From: Nitrososphaerota archaeon
GTDB lineage: Archaea; Thermoproteota; Nitrososphaeria; Nitrososphaerales; UBA213
Assembly (NCBI GenBank): GCA_002713325.1
Contig: PAWD01000021.1
Span: 15,535-79,534, forward strand
DNA length: 64,000 nt
Direction of reading: 5' to 3'
Shown here piece after piece: positions 47,114 through 57,028 of the stretch (positions within the stretch are counted from its first letter, which is position 1; every line of letters begins with the position of its first letter). A program made the position numbers and the translations under genes. Below the pieces are notes generated by a model. It had not been told where the DNA came from and did not search any database. It was given only the letters and a program-made list of their open reading frames with translations.

Positions 47114-47308
47114 ATGCCAAGACAACTCTTCAATAAGGACGATTTCATAAAATTGGCTGATGGCGCTAAAGTGTGTTTGGTTGTAAGAAGAGAGGATAAA
47201 GTAAAGATCAAGATTAGACGATCTAGGTTGATGTACACATACATAACAGACAAATCTGAAGCGGATCAGGTATTGAAAGAAATAAAACTAGATAAAATCA
47301 ATCTCTAA
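47114..47308 (+). CDS. rpl38e: Ribosomal protein eL38
   Basis: 64 aa. MPRQL...DF......VKIKIRRSRLMYTYITDKSEADQVLKEI aligns with eukaryotic L38 (MPRKI..IKDF...[29 protein letters not shown]). Confidence 0.8.
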   Translation: MPRQLFNKDDFIKLADGAKVCLVVRREDKVKIKIRRSRLMYTYITDKSEADQVLKEIKLDKINL

Positions 47309-48564
47309 ACAGTTACAGTTTCTCCAGTATTTGGGGCATATGCTTCAAGACCGAATTTTTCATGTATATCTTTAGCAAATTTAATACATGATTCACCATC
47401 ACCATGTACCGTCAAAACTTTTGGGTTACCCTTTATCTGTGATATCATCTCAAACAAGTCACTTCTTCCACTATGACCAGAAAACTCGAATTGTTGTATC
47501 TCTGCCGTTACCTTTCTAACTTTACCTTCTATCGTTGCAACACGTTTTTCTAGTAATTCCTTTCCAGGAGTTCCTTCGCCCTGGTACGACACCATCGCTA
47601 TACCATTTCTCTCATTTTGAGCTATCTGCTGAAGATAATATACACCAGCACCGCCAACGAGCATACCAGCTGGTGAAATTACAACACAAGGTTCCTTAAC
47701 AATCCTCCTTCTATCCTTCCAACCACTAACCCATTCAGTTTTTCTTATTGCATCAGAAAACAGTTTAGGATCTCTAAGAAAATCTGGATGTTTTGAGATT
47801 ATCTTATTCACCTTAAGTGCCATTCCATCCATCACAATATTATGTTTGAAGTTTGCTTCCTTGAAAATACATGCTATCTCTTGTGCCCTTTCTACAGAAA
47901 ATGCTGGTACGAAAAGTATACCTCTTCGTTCAACAACTTCGTTGGCAAAATCTATTAGTTTTTTTTCTGCTTCCTTCCTTGGCTGATGATCTTCCATGGC
48001 GTATGTACTCTCTGTTATAATCAGATCAATATCTCCAATATCCAAGTCCATAGCCCTCATCATCTTAGTTCCTTTTGTATTGATATCTCCAGTATAGAAT
48101 ATTCTTTTGTTATCATATTCAACAACTACTGTAGATCCACCGACTACATGACCAGATTCATGAAACACTACGGTTGTATCATTTAGTGAAAATGGTTCTC
48201 TATAACTAGTAGATCTTGAGCTTTTCTGCATTGCGATAAGATCAATATATTCAAACGGAAGATAGAAACCAGATATCCTTATCATATCTTCTATAAGAAG
48301 GCTTGAAAGTTCTAATGTTGGCTGTGTAGAATAGGTGGTTATATCTTTCGATAGAAATAGAGATGGCACAAAACCAGAATGATCTAAGTGTGCATGCGTT
48401 ATTACAACAGCATCAATATCTTTGGGCTTTACATGTATGGGAAAGAGTGGTTCTTTACGTCGAAGCATTACACCATAATCTAACAATATTTTTGCATTAT
48501 TGGTATCTATTAGAAATGCAGATCTACCAACTTCTTTAGCCGCACCCAATACTGTTACTTTCAA
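47305..48564 (-). CDS. Beta-CASP metallo-beta-lactamase RNA-processing nuclease (aCPSF2-like)
   Basis: 419 aa. MBL motif ITHAHLDHSG, followed by a beta-CASP region and a C-terminal H motif (VHGD). Confidence 0.8.
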   Translation of the reverse strand: MKVTVLGAAKEVGRSAFLIDTNNAKILLDYGVMLRRKEPLFPIHVKPKDIDAVVITHAHLDHSGFVPSLFLSKDITTYSTQPTLELSSLLIEDMIRISGFYLPFEYIDLIAMQKSSRSTSYREPFSLNDTTVVFHESGHVVGGSTVVVEYDNKRIFYTGDINTKGTKMMRAMDLDIGDIDLIITESTYAMEDHQPRKEAEKKLIDFANEVVERRGILFVPAFSVERAQEIACIFKEANFKHNIVMDGMALKVNKIISKHPDFLRDPKLFSDAIRKTEWVSGWKDRRRIVKEPCVVISPAGMLVGGAGVYYLQQIAQNERNGIAMVSYQGEGTPGKELLEKRVATIEGKVRKVTAEIQQFEFSGHSGRSDLFEMISQIKGNPKVLTVHGDGESCIKFAKDIHEKFGLEAYAPNTGETVTV

Positions 48565-48714
48565 TGCCTATTTAGCTAGATCTAAATAAAGGCCTTTAAA
48601 CATTTGTAATTATATAATATATACTCAATTTATACCAAAAATGATGGAATTCATTCACTACAACAATTCTAGTAAGACAAAAAACTTAATAAGTTGTGTA
48701 GGGAGAATATAGGA

Positions 48715-48942
48715 ATGGGTAGAAGTTTTAAAGATTGGTGGGCAACTGTTCCAGAAGATCTTAGGACTAAAGCAAAAGGTAACGATGATTGGGATACGTA
48801 TAAGCCTATACTGAACGAGCTGAACTTTGTCATAGTGATGTTAAATCATTCAGGAAAGTCAGATATGTGTCCATCTGGAGAAGAGTTATTGAGCTGGGTT
48901 GGTAACGGCGAAATAGACGCAATGCGACAGATGAAGAAATAA
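48715..48942 (+). CDS. Hypothetical small protein
   Basis: ORF track 48694 (TTG); ATG at 48715 (MGRSFKDWW...). No motif recognised. Confidence 0.45.
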   Translation: MGRSFKDWWATVPEDLRTKAKGNDDWDTYKPILNELNFVIVMLNHSGKSDMCPSGEELLSWVGNGEIDAMRQMKK

Positions 48943-49067
48943 AAATATAAACACTAATCAATTTTTTCATTTTTTATTTAGTGAGTTTTTTTTTCCGTAA
49001 AACAGTGTTATATAAAGTACGCAGTATTTATATATTATAATAGACTATGAATAGTAGTGATATATAG

Positions 49068-49361
49068 ATGCCAGTAGCAATATTACCAGACGTAGACGAG
49101 CAGACATGTATAGGCTGTGCACTTTGTGTAGAAATTTGCACTGCACTAGGACCAGATGTCCTTAGAGTAAAGCCAGTAGAGGGTTGGAAGAGAGGTAAGG
49201 CATTCGTCTTCTACCCAGAAAGGTGTATCTCTGATGGAGCATGTATTGGCGTTTGTCCAACAAAGTCAATATTCTGGATGAGACCAATGGATTTCACACC
49301 AGGACAACCAGTACCACTACACAAATTCGGCAGATTCACGAAGGGCTGGGCAGAAGGATAA
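49068..49361 (+). CDS. 2x[4Fe-4S] ferredoxin
   Basis: CIGCALCVEIC and CISDGACIGVCP cluster motifs. Confidence 0.85.
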   Translation: MPVAILPDVDEQTCIGCALCVEICTALGPDVLRVKPVEGWKRGKAFVFYPERCISDGACIGVCPTKSIFWMRPMDFTPGQPVPLHKFGRFTKGWAEG

Positions 49362-49391
49362 ACGAAGTTCGGTCCATCATTCTTTTTATTT

Positions 49392-50924
49392 TTATTTTAC
49401 TTCATTCACAGCATTTGCTATGTCTTTCATATTGCTAGCATAAGGTAATAGAGTTACTTTCTCATCTAATTGTTTAAGAAAATCTTCTAGAAAATCATCT
49501 ACAACTGCAATTATTTGTTTGAATTTATTATTTTTGATATATGATGTTAATGCATCTCCAAAAGTTTCAAATTTGTCTGGATCAAACTTTACTCTAGCAG
49601 CAACGTGATGCGCGGCAGGAAATAGATCAGAAATTTCTTCAGGTACAACACCCAAGAACGGAGAATAATATCCAAGTTGTACTTTACAATCCAACATTTT
49701 TCTCAATTCATTATATTGAGTGTAAAAAGGATGTTTGTCAGGCTCTGGTAATAACAATAGTACATTTTTAGTGCTACTTGTTTTCTGTACCATCTTCCTG
49801 AACCGTCTCACTTCTGGTCTGTATTGGTCGATCTCCGAGAATAGAAAAACAGCCTTACTCTTAGATACAGGCGTTCCTTCCTCAAGATAATCTGAATTTT
49901 CTTTTAATACATCTAAAGTTTCAGCTAATCTTGGGTGGGACATAGCTTTTTGCACAGCATATTCCCATAGTCGACCATCTATTATGGCCTGTTTTACAGC
50001 ATCTACTTCACGCTTTATAATATACAGATTGTGTATAGCTAGTTCACGGAAGCGTTGTGCATCTTCAAGTTCCCGTAACTCATTAGCTTTGTAGTTGTTG
50101 CAAACTTCACACACACATGGAAGGTAATTTAACTCCTCCAGTTTGACCGTTGCATTAGGAAGCATATACCTGTTATCTCTTGCATATAGCATATATGATG
50201 CTGAATCAAATGTATCACAGCCTAACGCTACAGCCAATGGTATTGTCAAAGGATGACCTGCACCGAAAAGGTGTAATGGTTTGCTGCTAGGTATAGATTT
50301 TTTTGCAGATATTATCATCATTGCCAGAAGTTTAAATTCATATGATTCCATGACTTCCGTAGGACTTCCCAAGGCAAACATGTTGTACCCTAGCATATCA
50401 AGGGATTTTGCAGACGAGGTAATCAAGTCGAGATGTTCTCCTCCCTGTATGGGGCCAACCCATATAGTTTTATTATTATTTACAGTTTCGATAGTTTCTT
50501 TCGCAGCTTGTAAAGTTTTATCCACATAGGATTCTGCAACGCTGCGTTCAAGTTTAAAACCGGTTGGTTTGTCTAGAGGTATCGCAATGTCACTACCTAT
50601 CCTCTCCTCAAACAATGCCATATCTTTTGGATTGACATCTATATCTCCATATTCTAGGACTTGGTAACCACCTGAGTCTGTCATAACAGGACCATCAAAA
50701 TTTATTATTCTATGAATGTCGTTGGCATCATCACCATATTCCTTTTTTGTTATGTATGCGTTTGTTATCAAAAGTTCAAAACCAATCATCTTCAATTTGT
50801 TTGGTTCAATAGTTTGTTTTACAGGATGTATTACGGGAACAAAAGCTGGTGTTTCTACTGATCCATGGCGGGTTTCTAATCTACCTATTCTTGCAGCAAG
50901 ATCAGTATACTGTACTTCAAACAA
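49392..50924 (-). CDS. tgtA: Archaeosine tRNA-guanine transglycosylase (tRNA-guanine(15) transglycosylase)
   Basis: 510 aa. N-terminus ARIGRLETRHGSVETPAFVPV, TIM-barrel TGT core, Zn motif CVCEVC. The only start upstream of the conserved N-terminus is TTG at 50924. Confidence 0.88.
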   Translation of the reverse strand: MFEVQYTDLAARIGRLETRHGSVETPAFVPVIHPVKQTIEPNKLKMIGFELLITNAYITKKEYGDDANDIHRIINFDGPVMTDSGGYQVLEYGDIDVNPKDMALFEERIGSDIAIPLDKPTGFKLERSVAESYVDKTLQAAKETIETVNNNKTIWVGPIQGGEHLDLITSSAKSLDMLGYNMFALGSPTEVMESYEFKLLAMMIISAKKSIPSSKPLHLFGAGHPLTIPLAVALGCDTFDSASYMLYARDNRYMLPNATVKLEELNYLPCVCEVCNNYKANELRELEDAQRFRELAIHNLYIIKREVDAVKQAIIDGRLWEYAVQKAMSHPRLAETLDVLKENSDYLEEGTPVSKSKAVFLFSEIDQYRPEVRRFRKMVQKTSSTKNVLLLLPEPDKHPFYTQYNELRKMLDCKVQLGYYSPFLGVVPEEISDLFPAAHHVAARVKFDPDKFETFGDALTSYIKNNKFKQIIAVVDDFLEDFLKQLDEKVTLLPYASNMKDIANAVNEVK

Positions 50925-51317
50925 TTATTTATTCTCCCGTATGAATTGATCACATTTTACTTTCACATGATCTGCAGCCAGTTCACTTCCTTGAACTCTA
51001 TTTTCCGTCATACTATTGTTATCCGTAACTATGATAGTATTTTCAGCTATCATCATCATATCAGGGAATATGTAATTCAGTATTTTAACGAAAGTTTGTG
51101 TGTTGAATGATTTTAATTTCACTTCATTTTCAGCATTTCTATTTGAGATTGATTTGTTAATACCAACGTCAGTATTTTCAATAACCACACTCAGATTTTT
51201 GTCATTGTAAGGCAGTATAACTTTGTAAATTCTTTGTTCAGAAGTTTTCACAGAAACTCTCTTTCCGGTAAAACTAAATACTCCATCACTAGATTTACCT
51301 GTTTCAGATATAATCAT
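50925..51317 (-). CDS. Hypothetical protein immediately upstream of, and in frame with, tgtA
   Basis: 130-aa ORF. Its TAA stop (50927-50925) is the codon directly preceding the tgtA TTG. Confidence 0.5.
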   Translation of the reverse strand: MIISETGKSSDGVFSFTGKRVSVKTSEQRIYKVILPYNDKNLSVVIENTDVGINKSISNRNAENEVKLKSFNTQTFVKILNYIFPDMMMIAENTIIVTDNNSMTENRVQGSELAADHVKVKCDQFIRENK

Positions 51318-51474
51318 ACAAATAATTAATAATTCTATTATATGAAGTCATTGTATTTAGTGGTAATAATTTAATTGTGATTGTTTTTGTAAATTATCTA
51401 AACTTTTATGATGTGTATATAAGTTGATACATCATTTTGATTAGACATATGTTTAGTCTTAAGAGAACTAGATT

Positions 51475-52050
51475 TTATTTTTTTGACTTTTTTTTATACT
51501 CAAAGAACTTATACATATCATTATTTGCAGATATCAAAGATAACCAGTCAATTTTTCCTACAATATATTTGACGTTTCCTTTAAAATAATTGATTATTTT
51601 ATCTGTAGTTACTTTTGATTTTACAGCAGTATTATCGAATTCTGCAACTTTATTCTTTCCAAATTTCTTAATAGTATCATATAGACATATACCAATTATT
51701 TCACCAGACAAGTTATCGGTTATTTTTTGAAAATTATAACATCTTTTTTTATACACACTTTCCAATTCATACGGAGAACGTCTTATTACGGCTACCATAC
51801 ATACGTCATTTCTTTGCAGAACGTATGGTGCAAGGTGTCCTACTATTAGACTTTTTTTATTCATATATTTTTTCAACAGTAAAGATAATTTTTGTAAATC
51901 AACAACGTATCCAGAACTATCCTTTGATTTTATTGTATTATTTTTTATAGCAATAGCGTTTATATCAATTAGGTCGAGAGAGAGTTTTTTTGCGACTATC
52001 TTAGATATCGTATGTTTACCTACACCAGGATTTCCTGTTATAACCAACAT
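51475..52050 (-). CDS. Fap7/AK6-like P-loop kinase
   Basis: ORF track start 52098. The ATG at 52050 gives MLVITGNPGVGKHT (P-loop at the extreme N-terminus, as in this family). Confidence 0.7.
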   Translation of the reverse strand: MLVITGNPGVGKHTISKIVAKKLSLDLIDINAIAIKNNTIKSKDSSGYVVDLQKLSLLLKKYMNKKSLIVGHLAPYVLQRNDVCMVAVIRRSPYELESVYKKRCYNFQKITDNLSGEIIGICLYDTIKKFGKNKVAEFDNTAVKSKVTTDKIINYFKGNVKYIVGKIDWLSLISANNDMYKFFEYKKKSKK

Positions 52051-52172
52051 ACAGATGTCATAACTTGTTATAAATATCAACCATTCTTTTTTTAACAAAT
52101 ACTTATTATCATTTCAAGTAAATAATCATCACTTAACATACCGTTAAATCTAACCATTAACAAATAATTGAC

Positions 52173-53369
52173 ATGATCATAGGATTACTGGGTAAAACCA
52201 ATGTAGGAAAATCAACATTATTTAATGCTGTTACACAGTTGAATGTACCTATTGCAAATCATCCCTTTACAACGATCAATCCAAACGTTGGTGTAGCATA
52301 CGCAAAAACTAAATGTATATGCGAAGAATTTGGTGTTAAAGATAACCCAATTCACTCTGTATGTATAGATAGAAATAGGTTCATACCAGTGAAAGTTATA
52401 GATGTGGCTGGTCTCGTTCCAGGAGCACATGAAGGAAGGGGATTGGGAAACAAATTTCTTGATGATGCAAGGCAAGCCGATGCTTTGATCCATGTTGTAG
52501 ATGTATCAGGTTCAACTGACAGCGAGGGTAGACCATGTCCACCCGGCACACAGGATCCAATGTTTGATATGGAATTCGTTGAAAAGGAGTTCGATCTATG
52601 GTTAACTTCATTGATCAGTCGTGACTGGGACAAGACTGTTAGAGAAGTAGAACATCAAGATCAAAAACTCGAGCAATTACTAGCTACTAGACTGAGTGGT
52701 CTTGCAATAAGCGAGAGCGATATACTGGAGGTTATGCTCAACTTCAAAGGAAGTAAATTATTGACATGGAGTAAGGAAGATCTATTTAATTTTTGCAAGA
52801 AATTACGCGAGAAGTCAAAGCCTATCATAATAGCCGCTAACAAGGCTGATATTCCTCCTGCCGACGATAACATAGCAAAGATGAAGAAATCTGATAGAAT
52901 CGTCGTACCATGCGCATCAGAAGCAGAACTACTTTTGACGAGGGCTGCAAGTAAGTATCTCATTGATTATATGCCAGGGAATGACCTCTTCAGAATAAAT
53001 GATGAAAGTAAGTTAACTATTGAACAAAAGAAAGCACTAGATTTAGTAAGAATATTACTGGACAAAACGGGATCAACTGGAGTTCAACTATTAATAAATA
53101 CTGTATGCTTCAAATTACTCAATATGATAGTAGTTTATCCAGTTGAGGACGAAAATAAATTCAGTGATAAAAAAGGTAATATTCTTCCTGATGCATACAT
53201 GGTGAAAAATGGTTCAACTGCCAAGGATCTGGCATTTGTTATACATAGTGATTTGGCAAAAGGATTTCTACATGCCGTAGACGCAAGAAGCAAGCAGCGA
53301 ATTGGGGCAGATCATAAACTGAAGGATCGCGATGTAGTCAAGATAGTCTCTACAATGAGCAGGAGATAA
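52173..53369 (+). CDS. Obg-family GTPase/ATPase (YchF/Drg-like) with C-terminal TGS domain
   Basis: G1 motif GLLGKTNVGKST, G3 motif DVAGLV, NKAD, C-terminal TGS-like (DRDVVKIVS). Confidence 0.8.
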   Translation: MIIGLLGKTNVGKSTLFNAVTQLNVPIANHPFTTINPNVGVAYAKTKCICEEFGVKDNPIHSVCIDRNRFIPVKVIDVAGLVPGAHEGRGLGNKFLDDARQADALIHVVDVSGSTDSEGRPCPPGTQDPMFDMEFVEKEFDLWLTSLISRDWDKTVREVEHQDQKLEQLLATRLSGLAISESDILEVMLNFKGSKLLTWSKEDLFNFCKKLREKSKPIIIAANKADIPPADDNIAKMKKSDRIVVPCASEAELLLTRAASKYLIDYMPGNDLFRINDESKLTIEQKKALDLVRILLDKTGSTGVQLLINTVCFKLLNMIVVYPVEDENKFSDKKGNILPDAYMVKNGSTAKDLAFVIHSDLAKGFLHAVDARSKQRIGADHKLKDRDVVKIVSTMSRR

Positions 53370-53371
53370 AG

Positions 53372-54364
53372 ATGTATTGTCTAGGAATTGAGAGTACAGC
53401 TCATACATTTGCATGTTCTGTAGTTGAGCTTACAAATGGAAGAGGTAAAATTCTCTCGGATATTAGAAGTATATACAAACCCCCAGAAGGTGCTGGTATT
53501 CATCCTAGGGAAGCTTCTAGACATCATGCAGAACAAAGTTCAGCAGTGTTGAGTGATACATTGATAGCAGCAAAGATCAATTTAGGTGACATCGATGCAA
53601 TAGCATATTCTGCTGGGCCTGGACTTGGACCATGTCTTAGAATTGGTGCTGTGGTTGGTCGATGCTTAGCTGCATACCATAAAAAACCTCTAGTATCGGT
53701 GAATCATGCTATAGGTCATCTAGAACTTGGTATGTTTCTTACTGGTGCCAAAGATCCTCTAGTGTTATTGGTTTCTGGAGGGCATTCCATGATACTTGCA
53801 CTTTCAAACGGTAAATGGCGTGTATTTGGTGAAACATTGGATATAACTATTGGGCAGTTGTTGGATCAGTTTGGTAGGGCGGTAGGTTTTGCATCTCCAT
53901 GTGGAGCAAGGATAGAGGAACTTTCAATGCAGTCAAACAATTATTTACATTTACCATATACTGTCAAGGGAAATGATGTATCATATTCTGGTTTACTCAC
54001 AGCTGCAAAGAGATTTGTTAGTAGTAACAAACTCCAAGATGTTTGTTTCTCCTTACAGGAAACTGCTTTTGCCATGGTTGCAGAAGTAGTTGAACGTGCA
54101 CTTGCTTTATGTAACAAGAAGGAATTACTGATAGTCGGTGGAGTAGCAGCAAACAAACGTCTAGCTAATATGCTTAATAATGTATGTAAAAGACAGAAGA
54201 CAAAATTCCTTGTACCACCAATAAACTATGCTGGAGATTGTGGTGCTCAAATTGCTTGGACAGGCATACTTCAATTTAGAGCGGGTATTAAATCAAATAT
54301 CGAAGAAGCATTTGTAAGACCATCATGGCGACTTGATACAGTTGATATTACTTGGAAGAACTAG
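53372..54364 (+). CDS. kae1: KEOPS subunit Kae1 (tRNA t6A37 threonylcarbamoyltransferase)
   Basis: 330 aa. GIESTAHTF..., HH..H metal motif (NHAIGH), ASKHA fold. Confidence 0.9.
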   Translation: MYCLGIESTAHTFACSVVELTNGRGKILSDIRSIYKPPEGAGIHPREASRHHAEQSSAVLSDTLIAAKINLGDIDAIAYSAGPGLGPCLRIGAVVGRCLAAYHKKPLVSVNHAIGHLELGMFLTGAKDPLVLLVSGGHSMILALSNGKWRVFGETLDITIGQLLDQFGRAVGFASPCGARIEELSMQSNNYLHLPYTVKGNDVSYSGLLTAAKRFVSSNKLQDVCFSLQETAFAMVAEVVERALALCNKKELLIVGGVAANKRLANMLNNVCKRQKTKFLVPPINYAGDCGAQIAWTGILQFRAGIKSNIEEAFVRPSWRLDTVDITWKN

Positions 54365-54683
54365 TCTTCACTGCATCTTTTATTACATCTTTCCATTTAC
54401 CAGGACTAAAAACACCAAACTTGTATAGCTTGCTTCCAGATTCTTCAGACACTTCTATGACTACCTTCTTGGCGAGTAATCCTTCAGTTTTAACGGTTTT
54501 GATCTTATTCAAGGACACTTCAAGATAAATTTCGGTTATCTTTTTGCTTAGTGTTAACATGCGAGCCTCACCCTTCTGAAATATTATTCTTTGATTGGTA
54601 AGCGTAAGGTAACCAGATCCAAACTTGTCTTCACCACAGTCTTCTTGTATGATTATATTTTCATCTTTTCCCTGTTCTATCAT
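54348..54683 (-). CDS. PH/GRAM-like domain protein
   Basis: 111 aa. GYLTLTNQRIIFQK is typical of bacterial/archaeal PH-like (GRAM/GLUE-like) domains. Overlaps the kae1 3' end by 17 nt on the opposite strand. Confidence 0.5.
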   Translation of the reverse strand: MIEQGKDENIIIQEDCGEDKFGSGYLTLTNQRIIFQKGEARMLTLSKKITEIYLEVSLNKIKTVKTEGLLAKKVVIEVSEESGSKLYKFGVFSPGKWKDVIKDAVKTSSSK

Positions 54684-54721
54684 AAGTACATATTAATTCA
54701 CTCATCCAAGTTATAACTTTA

Positions 54722-55339
54722 ATGATGTTGATCAAAAAGGGTGCGGAAGCAGATATTTACCTTGTTATGTGGTATGGTAAGAAAGCTGTGATGAAGATCA
54801 GGAAGCCAAAGAATTACAGAAACAAAATACTTGACGAAGAGATCAGGAAGAAACGTACTTTACATGAAGCAGCAATGTTGTCAAATGCGAAAAAGGTTGG
54901 AGTACAGACCCCATTACTCTATTTTGTAGATCTACAAAATACAGAAATTATAATGCAGTATTTGGAAGGGAAACTTGTTCGTGATACATTATCAAGAAAT
55001 TTACACATATGTAAAAAAATTGGGATCTATGCAGCAAAGTTACACAAGAACAATATAGTGCACGGCGACCTAACCACATCAAACTTTATAATCAATAATG
55101 GAAATCTTATCTTGATTGATTTTGGTCTAGCATATTATTCTGACAGGACTGAAGACAAAGCAGTTGATATACGTCTTATCAAGGAGATCATGAGAAGTGT
55201 ACATGCAACAATTTTCACCAAGGCATTCAACAATTTTATTAAAGGGTATGAAAGTATTATTGATAGTTCAATGACTTCAAAAATAATGAAAAAAGTTACT
55301 GAAATAGAAAGGAGAGGCCGTTATGCCCGAGTTGTCTGA
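54722..55339 (+). CDS. bud32: KEOPS subunit Bud32 (atypical small kinase)
   Basis: 205 aa. GAEADIY, K in VMKIR, catalytic HGDLTTSNFI, DFGLA. Confidence 0.88.
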   Translation: MMLIKKGAEADIYLVMWYGKKAVMKIRKPKNYRNKILDEEIRKKRTLHEAAMLSNAKKVGVQTPLLYFVDLQNTEIIMQYLEGKLVRDTLSRNLHICKKIGIYAAKLHKNNIVHGDLTTSNFIINNGNLILIDFGLAYYSDRTEDKAVDIRLIKEIMRSVHATIFTKAFNNFIKGYESIIDSSMTSKIMKKVTEIERRGRYARVV

Positions 55340-55892
55340 CATATACTTTGCTACAACCAATACAAATAAGTTCAACGAAGTAAAAGATATACTTTCCAAT
55401 TATGATATAAAAGTGAAAATGGTAGAACTTGATCTGCTTGAGATACAGTCTAACGATCTAGAAGTTATAGCAATGGATAAGGCAAAAGATGCTTGTAGAA
55501 AATTAAATGCCAGAGTAATTATTGAAGATGATGGTTTGTTTATAGCATCACTGAAGGGATTTCCTGGACCATACTCATCATTTGTATTCAAAACAATTGG
55601 CAATGAGGGTATTATTCAGTTAATGAAATCATATAGTGATAGAACTGCTACATTCAGATCTGTAATCGCTTATTGCGAACCAAACAACATAACATTAACT
55701 TTTGTTTCAAATGTAAACGGTGAGATTTCTGCAGAGATAAGTGGTAAGGGATGGGGTTATGATCCTGTATTCATACCTAATGATTCTGCACAACTCACAT
55801 ATGCAGAGCTTGGAAGTAAGAAAAACGAATCATCGCATAGGAAATTAGCATTAGAAAAATTTGCTCATTGGATAAAGAATCACAGATATTGA
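55323..55892 (+). CDS. Non-canonical purine NTP pyrophosphatase (RdgB/HAM1 ITPase)
   Basis: IYFATTNTNKFNEV..., FPGPYS, GWGYDPVF motifs. Overlaps bud32 by 17 nt. Confidence 0.88.
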   Translation: MPELSDIYFATTNTNKFNEVKDILSNYDIKVKMVELDLLEIQSNDLEVIAMDKAKDACRKLNARVIIEDDGLFIASLKGFPGPYSSFVFKTIGNEGIIQLMKSYSDRTATFRSVIAYCEPNNITLTFVSNVNGEISAEISGKGWGYDPVFIPNDSAQLTYAELGSKKNESSHRKLALEKFAHWIKNHRY

Positions 55893-55916
55893 AATTATTA
55901 AATTAATCAACAGTTA

Positions 55917-56924
55917 TCATGTTATCAATCTGTCAAGATATCTTTCAGTATTCTGGAGTACGACCACTCTTGATATTATACTCTCATCCATGAATTTGTA
56001 GCAACCTACAGCATTTGCAAGTGAATTCGCATATTCTCTAACTTCACTCATTTCCATCATGTCAGACTTTTCCAAACGCTGATTGGAATAACCTACATGC
56101 ATATATGATTTCACTTCAATGAAATGTGGATTACCACGTTTCATTATATCTGCAAACAAAGGAACTAAATCAAGATCTGCATTAAGACTTCGTATTAGAG
56201 TTATCCTAACAACAGTTCGTGTATTTATTTCTCTCAAAAACAGCAGACTTTTCCACCATCTCTCCCACGCGTCCCTATATCGAGGTTTGTTTATCATGAA
56301 AAAAATTCTTCTATTAGGAGCATTGGTAGAGAGATAGAGTTGTGTTGGTAAAGCATCTTCATCTTGTAATCTGTTTAACATTTCTGGTTCCTGACCGTTT
56401 GTTACAAGGAATATAGATTTAGTGTCTCTCAAATTCTTCAAATACGTTATCAGTCCAGGTAATTTTGGGTACATCGTAGGCTCACCAGATAACGATATAG
56501 CATAATGGGAAGGTATCATTGCTTCTTTCACCTTCTTTTTGTCAGCTTTAGCATTTCCAAAATAACCATTCATCAAGCGGTATCTTTCTTCCATTAAATT
56601 TTTCATAATACTTTCAGGCTCGTCAACCATCTCTACTGGCATCTTCATAGAATCGTAGAACTCCATAGGTCGCCAACAGTAAACACATCTATTTTGACAG
56701 AGCATACCAGCAGGCGAAAATTCCATACATCTATGTGTATCAATACCGTAGAACTTCTTCTTATAACACTCGCCTTCATTTACAAATGATTTTTTTGTCC
56801 AGTGACATAATTCAACAGTGGAATGGTTAGAAACTCCATATTTTGCCTTCTTGAGTCGATTTATTATACTTGGCTGAATTTGTATTATATTAGATGGAGG
56901 TTCCATTTCATCAGAGCAGCTCAT
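55917..56924 (-). CDS. taw1: Radical-SAM tRNA 4-demethylwyosine synthase (Taw1/TYW1)
   Basis: 335 aa. HSTVELCHWTKKS..GECYKKKFYGI, plus the radical-SAM cluster CQNRCVYCWRP. Confidence 0.85.
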   Translation of the reverse strand: MSCSDEMEPPSNIIQIQPSIINRLKKAKYGVSNHSTVELCHWTKKSFVNEGECYKKKFYGIDTHRCMEFSPAGMLCQNRCVYCWRPMEFYDSMKMPVEMVDEPESIMKNLMEERYRLMNGYFGNAKADKKKVKEAMIPSHYAISLSGEPTMYPKLPGLITYLKNLRDTKSIFLVTNGQEPEMLNRLQDEDALPTQLYLSTNAPNRRIFFMINKPRYRDAWERWWKSLLFLREINTRTVVRITLIRSLNADLDLVPLFADIMKRGNPHFIEVKSYMHVGYSNQRLEKSDMMEMSEVREYANSLANAVGCYKFMDESIISRVVVLQNTERYLDRLIT

Positions 56925-57028
56925 AATACAATCACTCTACAAACCATGTATTAAATTTAACATATATTTATTATAAGACAAATCTATCCGATCTAACCGA
57001 ATATATAAAACATTCCTGTCAGATTTAC

